Shown here: positions 56,077 to 64,000 of the stretch, in pieces
How positions within the stretch are numbered: the first letter of the stretch is position 1
Layout of the letters: every line of letters starts with the position of its first letter
Origin: Eledone cirrhosa
Taxonomy: Eukaryota
Direction: 5' to 3'
DNA: 64,000 nucleotides
NCBI GenBank assembly: GCA_964016885.1
Contig: OZ024744.1
Coordinates: forward strand, 104,780,001-104,844,000
Made by a program: the position numbers and the translations under genes
The notes under the pieces: model-generated
Database searches by the model: none
Told to the model about the DNA's origin: nothing
Seen by the model: the letters and a program-made list of their open reading frames with translations, nothing else

Positions 56077-56331
56077 ATATATATATATATATATGTCAAA
56101 TTCTAATATAGAGTTAGAAACTCACAATCCCCTATGATCAAGGGAGCTCATTATAAATCATAGCAATGAGAGAAGGCACATAATATTGTTATGTCAGATA
56201 ATAGGGGATAAAATTCTACCTTGGTAAAGCTCATAAAAACTACGGATGGAGTGGTAAATACAAATTAATAAAATAATCAAACTGTACATACCTCCACTAT
56301 AACGATATATACCTGGACATAAGATATACAC

Positions 56332-56363
<32 letters not shown>

Positions 56364-56730
56364 TTGGTATAATATATACATCACATACATACATATATAT
56401 ATGTTATGTTTCGCTATGAAAAATGCGAAGAATCATAATACACACAGGAGCTTCTCAACAGGTGTAGCTGCTTTTTATGAACCTCACATACTAAAGAGAG
56501 AGAGAGAATACAACTAATCTCCAAAAGCACAAGGTTCCAACGAACAGCAGGCAGTGGATACGGGTTAGCCCAGGGCAGCTTGAATACGCTATTAGGTCAC
56601 TAAAAATAGCAGTCCATAGCTAATCAAGTATACAATGGCTCAACTAAATTAATACATTAGGAGCCCAAATATGTTAAATTATAATGTAGAGTTAGAAACT
56701 CACAATAAATCCCCTATAATCATATATATA

Positions 56731-57074
56731 TGGAGGCACATGGCTTAGTGGTTAGAGCATTGGCCTTGCAATCGAAAGGTTGTGAGTTCAATTCTCAGAC
56801 CGGGTGATGTGTTGTTTCCTTGAGCAAGGCACTTTATTTCACATTGCTCCAGTTTACTCAGCTGTAGAAATGAGATGATAGGGACTGGGGTCCCTATCAT
56901 TCCACTGCAAAGTGGTCGTGGAGGTGCCACGGCAAAAATAGCACCCAGCACTCACTGTAAATGAGGTTGGTGTTAGGAAGGGCATCCAGCTATCCAGCTG
57001 TAGAAATCAAGCCAGAATCAGCTCCCGTCCCACCATTGCAAGCAGGGAAAAGCGGATGTAAAATGATGATGATG
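56731..57074 (+). mobile_element. SINE family A copy
   Basis: Near-identical to 7397-7733, with a small internal duplication (atccagct). Confidence 0.9.
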
Positions 57075-57112
57075 GTATATCATATATATTTCTGTGTATA
57101 ATATACATAATA

Positions 57113-57298
57113 TTTGTTTCTACTTTTGGCACAAGGCCAGAAATTACCCAGTACATTACTGGTACTTTATTTTATCGACCCCGTAAGGATGAAAGGCAAA
57201 GTCAACCTCGGCGGGATTTGAACTCAGACGTAAAGGGACGTAACTATGCTGGAAAGCATGGCGTCCGACCCTCTACCGATACTGCCAATCCACCACCC
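57113..57298 (-). mobile_element. SINE family B copy
   Basis: Reverse complement of 530-720. Confidence 0.75.
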
Positions 57299-57582
57299 TA
57301 TATAATAATGATGATAATAATAATAGGCAGTCTCTGTGGTCTAGTGGTAAGATATGTGGGATTACTGAGACCTAGATTTAGGGTCCAATCTCAGCTTGGG
57401 TTGATATAATAATAATAATAATCATCATCATCATCATCATTGTTTAATATCTGTTTACTCTGCTAGCATGGGTTGGACATGTCACAGATTGATCAGTATT
57501 TAAACAGAGCCTCTGACCTCCGGGTATGCTGAGGTCTCGACCTACAATCCTGTGCACTACTGAATGCATACTATTGTGGCAC

Positions 57583-57696
57583 CAACACTAGGGGGATTGT
57601 CATGTCTATGGCACAGCTGAAAAATCTTCTTGAGTAAACAAACGGTCAGGAGGATCCGTCGGCTGTTCCATAGACATGACAATCCCCCTAGTGTTG
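57583..57696. other. 114-nt hairpin
   Basis: caacactagggggattgtcatgtctatgg pairs perfectly with ccatagacatgacaatccccctagtgttg; inner stem atcttcttga/tcaggaggat. Confidence 0.85.
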
Positions 57697-57819
57697 AATA
57701 TGTGAATCTTTGTGTATATATAATTTCTCTTCTTATATCTTCTATTTGATTATGAAATTCATGTTAAAATCAGTTGTGATGTTTGAAACATATTTTGTCA
57801 ATATCATTGATTATTTTAG

Positions 57820-58091
57820 GCAAAAAAGAAACTCTTTGAACGCATACCTCAGAAATCTAAAGATCTTAAAAAGTTGGTTTTTCAGTTAAAAACAAAACTT
57901 CAGAAGAATCATTATAACGGAAATTACTTTGATAGATCTGCTTCAAAAACTGAAAGGATTTGTGATGCAGAAGGACTTTTCAAATGTGAAGGGAGGTTTG
58001 ACAGAGATTCATGTGAATATTTACATGAGTTAAACCCTTACTCAAGTAGGGAATCCTGTCTAATTTTCCAGCTTTGGAATCTAGATCACAT
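57820..58091 (+). CDS. DFFB: DFFB/CAD exon encoding the nuclease core
   Basis: Acceptor ttttag|GCA, donor CACAT|gtaagt (phase 2). YNGNYFDR...ICDAEGLFKCEGRFDRDSCEYLHELNPYSSRES...WNLDH carries the diagnostic DFF40 motifs (Zn-binding Cys/His, catalytic WNLDH). Confidence 0.95.
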
Positions 58092-58950
58092 GTAAGTAAC
58101 ACTATTAACTGTCATTTTCACATGTAGCAATATTACCAAACATTTTCACATGTAGCACCAATTAACTGTGATTTCACATGCAGCAATGTTACCAAACATT
58201 TCACATGTAGCACTATCAACTGTCGTTCCACATGTAGCACTATTAACTGTCATTTCACATGCTGCAGTATCATCTGTCATTTCACATGTAGCAATATTAC
58301 CAGACATTTCACATGTATCATTATTACCTGCCATTTCGCATGTAGCACTATTACCTGTCATTACACATGTAACAATATTACCAAAAATTTCACATCATCA
58401 TCATCATCATCATCATCATCATTTTACGTCCGCTTTTCCCTGCTTGCAAGGGTGGGACGGGAACTGATTCTGGCTTGAGTTCTACAGCTGGATGCCCTTC
58501 CTAACACCAACCTCATTTACAGTGAGTGCTGGGTGCTTTTTTGCCGTGGCACCTCCACGACCACTTTGCAGTGGAATGATAGGGGCCTCAGTCCCTATCA
58601 TCTCATTTCTACAGCTGAGTAAACTGGAGCAATGTGAAATAAAGTGTCTTGCTCAAGGAAACAACACATCACCCGGTCTGAGAATTGAACTCACAACCTT
58701 TCGATTGCAAGGCCAATGCTCTAACCACTAAGCCATGTGCCTCCATGTAGGTAACAATATTACCATTTCACATGTAGGCAACAATATTACCTGTCATTTC
58801 ACATGTAACACTATTACCAGTCATTTCACATGTAACAACATTACCAGGCATTTCACATGTAGGTAACAATATTACCAAACATTTCACATGTAGGTAACAC
58901 TATTACCAGTCATTTCACATGTAGCAATATTACCAAACATTTCACATCTA
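58087..58950. repeat. ~27-bp minisatellite starting at the exon donor, interrupted by a SINE
   Basis: Unit tttcacatgtagcaatattaccaaaca / tttcacatgtagcactattaactgtca. Confidence 0.9.
58395..58745 (-). mobile_element. SINE family A copy
   Basis: Full reverse complement of 7397-7733. Confidence 0.9.
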
Positions 58951-58959
58951 GGTGCATAC

Positions 58960-60148
58960 TGAGTGTATGCCTCAGCTCGTGCATATGGGAGGGCAGGTCT
59001 TCTGTATAACTGCATAATGCCAGAGATCTTGATCCTTTGTCATCACCTTTGAGAGATTTAATTGTGCAAGGTCAGCTTTGATTACCTCATCCCAAGTCTT
59101 CCTCATTCATAATTTCCATCAACTTTGATTGCCTTGCACTTTTTTATACAACTGTTATCCCTCATACACATCACATGACCATACCACTGCAATCTCCTCT
59201 CCTGCACACTGCATTTGATTCCTCTTAAGTCCAGTTTCTCTCTCAGTTCATTTATGTTTTGCCATTCATGTATATTACTATTATACATCCAACAAAACAT
59301 GCCAGCTTCATTTCTTTCCAAACTTTGCCATTCCTCTGTACACAGTACCCAGCTCTCACTACCATGTAACATTGGTGTTTGTATATAATCTGCCGTCATT
59401 TTGAGAGGAAAAACTTTTGTAGCTAGCAGCATTTGTAGCTTCCTGAACTTTGTCCATCCTGTTGTCACTCTGGCTACCATACTTTCAGAACACCCATCTC
59501 TACTGCTAATTTGATCACCCAGGTAACAGATGCTGACAACTGTTTCTATGGAACCTTCCAATAATTTGATAGAGCATGTTTCCTGTGAGTGTTTGTTATT
59601 TACTGCTCCTGTGCAATGGCCAAATATAAAACTTACGTTTTTTGCTAGCCTGACATCCCACTATATCTCTTGTGTACCCATAGTTTGCATTTGGGACAGA
59701 GGATGGAATTTCTACCCAACACTTTCCTATACACTGTGTAGGGCTATTTGCCAAAAGGGATCAGGACCTTGTTTTCCTTACTACTTACTAGAACTTTGGT
59801 CTTTACCAAGTTGACTTTAAGATCTTTTGATTGCAGATTATGCTTCCAGGTTGGGAATTTTTTCTTTAATTCAGCTATGAGAGTTATATCATCAGTATAC
59901 AGGAATTCCCTTGGGTACCCTATTTTAAATTCTTCTGTTATAGCCTGGAGGATGATAATAAACTGGACAGAGCCTTGGTGGACCCCAACTACCCACTATA
60001 GTCACTATTCATTCTAATCTTGCTGACAGCACCTCTGTACATGGCTTGTACTACCCTCACTAGTCACTATTCTACTCCTAGTTTCCTAAGAGTCCACCAG
60101 ATTACAGAACTGGTAACACTGTCAAAAGCTTTCTCTAGGTCAACAAAA
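58960..60148 (-). mobile_element. Old RTE LINE fragment
   Basis: VDLEKAFD, LYTDDI, YLGDQISS, LQWYGHV. Confidence 0.82.
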
Positions 60149-60167
60149 ATATATATATATATATATA

Positions 60168-61455
60168 CAGGGTGCGGACGATATTTGTTCGCAAGATTAC
60201 TGTCTAGGAAAAAATAACACAGTAGTTTTATTTTTTAAGATATATTTATCAAACTTGGGTCAGTTTGTCTTCATGACTTGTTCTTTCGATCTCACTCGAT
60301 AAACCCGTCATTGGCTTTGATGACGGCCTCAAGGCGTTCTTCGGAACCGGCTACAGGCCTTCGTCACTGTCCCCCTACTTAGGCTCCTAAAGGCACTTCT
60401 GATTCTGGCCTTCAGATCGTCTTTCGTATTGCAACTAGATCCGTTGGTGTCTCGTTCCACTGCGCCCCACACAAAGAAGTCGAGGGGGTTGCAGTCAGGC
60501 GAGCTAGGAGGCCAGATGTCAGGTGAAGTGTGGTCGACGAAGTTCTCTGACAGCCAGGCTTGGGTCTTTCGGCTGGTATGGCAGGGCGCTGAGTCTTGCT
60601 GCAACACGTACGGCCTACCTGCAGCTACCTGGTCGATCCAGGGCTTTACCTCCTCGCTCAGAATGTGGATGAAGCCACCGGTGGTCAGCTTGAGGCCCTC
60701 AGGGAAGTAGTGAGGTGGCATGATGACACCTAAGACCTATGTTGTCGCTGGAAACTTTGTCTGCATGACTCTGGGCATGTCTTTGGATGAGACAGCGAGC
60801 CACCTGTTGTTCTGGGAGTTGATCTTCTGGTCTTGGCAGAAGTTTATCTCGTCGGAGAAAAACCACAGCATGGTGACTCCAGTGGGTGTTTCAACTTGTT
60901 GATCAGCTTCTTTGTGTGCTTCAGTCGCTTTTCTTGCATCGCCTTTGACAGAAATTGTCCTTTCCTCATCTTGTATGAAACGTAGCGAATGTCTTCATGT
61001 ACCACCAGCTTAATGAGCTTTTCATCCACGCCTTTCTCCCTTGCAATGGCACGCATCGACTTGCTAGGTTTGTTGTTGATGATATCCTGAACTTCAGTGA
61101 CGAACTCGGGCGTTCTGAAGGCATCAGATATCGATCATGTGTTTTCCTCTCTGATGTTGCTTCATAGTCGAATACTGAATCTTCCAATTCCTTTCTGACC
61201 TTTTCCACCATTTTCCTGCTGATGCTGAGAAAGTCTGAAATTTCCTTATATGTCCTCCTGGCGCAGATTCCAAGAAGAACTCTGTGTCTCTTCCACAAAT
61301 TTGGAGGTTCAAAATTATTCATAATCAATTATTCTGAAAATAAATAATGGAAATATAGTCACTGTTTTTATGAAGACAAGAGTGACAACGGAAGTAAAAA
61401 AAATTTGCATAAAATTAGCAGTTGAAAATTGCCAACAAATATCGTCCACACCCTG
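60168..61455 (-). mobile_element. Full-length Tc1/mariner-superfamily DD37D (maT) transposon with a frameshifted transposase
   Basis: ~27-bp TIRs cagggtg(c/t)ggacgatatttgtt(c/g)gcaa in (TA)n; WFFSDE, QQDSAPCH and WPPSSPDCNPLD, with 37 residues between the second and third Asp. Confidence 0.92.
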
Positions 61456-61480
61456 CATATATATATATATATATATATAT

Positions 61481-61828
61481 AGTAATATACGTGAACGGCA
61501 AAGCATAAACGAACTAAGGAAAAAATTAGAAATAAGAGGGATCAGATGTTGTTTACTCGAGAGAAGGCTACGTTGGTACGGTCACGTGATGCGCATGAAA
61601 GACGACAGCTGTATAACAAAGTGCAGGGCAATAAAGATAGATGGTAGCCACGGAGTAGGCAGACCCAGAAAAACATGGGATGAGCTGATAAATTCCGACC
61701 TCACACGCTTACACCTCTCCAAGACAATGTCACTGGACCGAGACCTTTGGCGGTACTCAGTAATAGAGAAGACCCGTCTTACCTAAATACAAAATAAAAA
61801 CCTACTACAGTCAGTAGGCATCTCTATC

Positions 61829-61859
<31 letters not shown>

Positions 61860-62202
61860 GTCCCACCACCTCCACCCCATCCACACCGCCCCTTTCAATG
61901 TAAAGTTATGTTGGTCCCACAACATCCAGGCCGAAACAAATGAGATCGTGTAGGTGTCACGACAAAAAAAAACACAGTCCACGCTGTAAATGTGGCCGTG
62001 TAGGCAACACGGTAAAAACCTCCCAGCCCCACACTGTAAATGTGGTTGGTGTTAGGAAGGGCATCCAGCTGTAGAAAACCCGCCAGACAGTCCTATGCGA
62101 GCAAGACAACCACTCTTGCCTCAAGTGGGAAAACTCCCGTCCAAACCCATGCAAGCGTGGAACACGGACGCTAAACCTGATGATGATGATGATGATGATG
62201 AT
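61481..62202 (+). mobile_element. RTE LINE 3' end in (TA)n
   Basis: LRWYGHVMRM...GRPRKTW, 3'UTR, (GAT)n tail. Confidence 0.9.
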
Positions 62203-62265
62203 ATATATATATTACATAACATAAGTCAAAGTAAGGTTTGGGGAAAATATAGAGAGAATATTTAA

Positions 62266-62486
62266 CCCTTTAGCATTTAAACCAGTTGTATCCAGCCAGA
62301 ATTCTCTCACCTCTTTCCGTTCAAACCGTCTGTAATCAGCTGCTTATACTTATGTTAAGGTATTGTTCTCAAAATAAATAATATCAAAATCTCATAGATT
62401 CAATATTATGTGAGATAATTATATGACATAAAGTATTTACCACGAAAATATAATAGTAAATATAGAGTAATGTAAATGTTAAAGGA
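62266..62486. mobile_element. piggyBac-type MITE
   Basis: TTAA|ccctttagcattta ... taaatgttaaagga|TTAA; the interior is an inverted homologue of 19743-19941. Confidence 0.7.
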
Positions 62487-63135
62487 TTAAGAGAAACCAA
62501 AAAGGATATTGGTTTTCTTATTTTGAAGGATATTTAATGATTATTTCTCAGAGTATGTGATTTTCAATTGTCAAATTTTTTAAAGTTTATCTTAGCAGTG
62601 ATGTGTTATTTTATAAAACATCTTAGTGTTACTGAGTAGAACTGAATCTTAGCCACAGTACAACATTGGAGGTTTAATGTAATTCAGTTCTCATCCTGGC
62701 TTTGAGATTTTTTTTTTCAATTGTCATATTCTTATTTGTTTCAAAAGGGTTTGTCCTAACTTATCTGAGTTGGGGAGGGAGGGGGTCTTGTAAGATTGAA
62801 ATATTTGAAATATTTGGTTGTCAGCTGAATTGGGGGATAAGTTCTAATTAGTATTAGTTAAGAATTGCACATATTCAAGTTGGAGAGAGAATTCTTATAA
62901 GGACTGCTGATTGAAGCTAAAACAAAACTAGGTCTAATTTTAGCCAGATCAAATTTCTTTATTTAGTATATTATAGTTATTGCATCATCAAACATGTCTG
63001 GTGGATTGTATGTACTATGCTGAGTGGCTCAATTTTTAGACAGAGGCATGTTTCAACAGCTTTTGGTCTGGACTACTTGAGAAAGTGTAATGTTTTCACA
63101 GTTGATGTATTTCAACATCAAACAATCTTAAATAT

Positions 63136-64000
63136 GGTGATGGGGGGGGGGGAAGTGATGAGAGTGGTGTGGTGGTGGTGGTGGTGGTGGTGGTGGTGGT
63201 GGTGGTGAGAGTGGTGTGGTGGTGGTGGAAGTGATGAGAGTGGTGTGGTGGTGGTGGAAGTGATGAGAGTGGTGTGGTGGTGGTGGTGGTGGTGGTGGAA
63301 GTGATGAGAGTGGTGTGGTGATGGTGGTGGTGGTGGTGGTGAGAGTGGTGTGGTGGTGGTGGTGGAAGTGATGAGAGTGGTGTGGTAGTGGTGGTGGTGG
63401 TGAGAGTGGTGTGGTGATGGTGGTGGTGGAAGTGATAAGAGTGGTGTGGTGGTGGTGGTGGAAGTGATAAGAGTGGTGTGGTGGTGGTGGTGGAAGTGAT
63501 AAGAGTGGTGTGGTGATGGTGGTGGTGAGAGTGGTGTGGTGGTGTGGTGGTGGTGGTGGAAGTGATGAGAGTGGTGTGGTGATGGTGGTGGTGGTGGAAG
63601 TGATGAGAGTGGTGTGGTGGTGGTGGTGATGGAGGTGATGAGAGTGGTGTGGTGGTGGTGAGAGTGGTGTGGTTGTGGTGGTGATGAGAGTGGTGTGGTG
63701 GTGGTGGAAGTGATGAGAGTGGTGTGGTGGTGGTGGTGGTGGTGAGAGTGTGGTGGTGGTGGTGATGAGAGTGGTGGTGGAAGTGATGAGAGTGGTGTGG
63801 TGGTGGTGGTGGTGGTGGTGAGAGTGTGGTGGTGGTGGTGATGAGAGTGGTGGTGGAAGTGATGAGAGTGGTGTGGTGGTGGTGGTGATGGTGAGAGTGG
63901 TGTGGTGGTGGTGGTGGTGGTGATGAGAGTGGTGTGGTGGTGGTGGAAGTGATGAGAGTGGCGTTGTGGTGGTGGTGGTGGAGGTGATGAGAGTGGTGTG
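63136..64000. repeat. G-rich (GGT)n-based minisatellite, runs off the window end
   Basis: Variable unit gaagtgatgagagtggtgt(ggt)n. Confidence 0.95.

Noticed and set aside
62200-63135. Final DFFB exon
   Set aside because: No phase-2 acceptor followed by the expected IEK-x-R and C-terminal His motifs; the exon probably lies beyond the window.
63136-64000. Telomeric repeat or poly-Trp ORF
   Set aside because: (GGT)n-based rather than TTAGGG; the ORF is a microsatellite artefact.

Overview
Eukaryotic, AT-rich, repeat-dominated DNA. The SINE, RTE-LINE and microsatellite content resembles an octopus or other coleoid cephalopod (inference). The only supportable host gene is four internal + strand exons of a DFFB/CAD (DFF40, caspase-activated DNase) orthologue: 3224-3347, 23090-23260, 24375-24454 and 57820-58091. 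They have GT-AG boundaries and join in frame; the first and last exons were not found in the window. The 19.7-kb and 33.4-kb introns hold many RTE-type LINE fragments (with a PHD-like finger inside the RT region), two tRNA-derived SINE families, a 5'-truncated Gypsy fragment nested in a SINE nested in a LINE, a DD37D (maT) transposon, a mariner relic, a non-autonomous Helitron, piggyBac-type MITEs, Penelope-like remnants and several tandem arrays, including a 12.8-kb satellite with a 4564-bp higher-order duplication. Most unusual: a dispersed set of type I hammerhead-ribozyme motifs, including two related fold-back palindromic elements with a hammerhead in each arm; minisatellites born inside LINE coding sequence; and tandem arrays starting just after three of the four splice donors. 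All calls are by eye, and LINE fragment boundaries are approximate.
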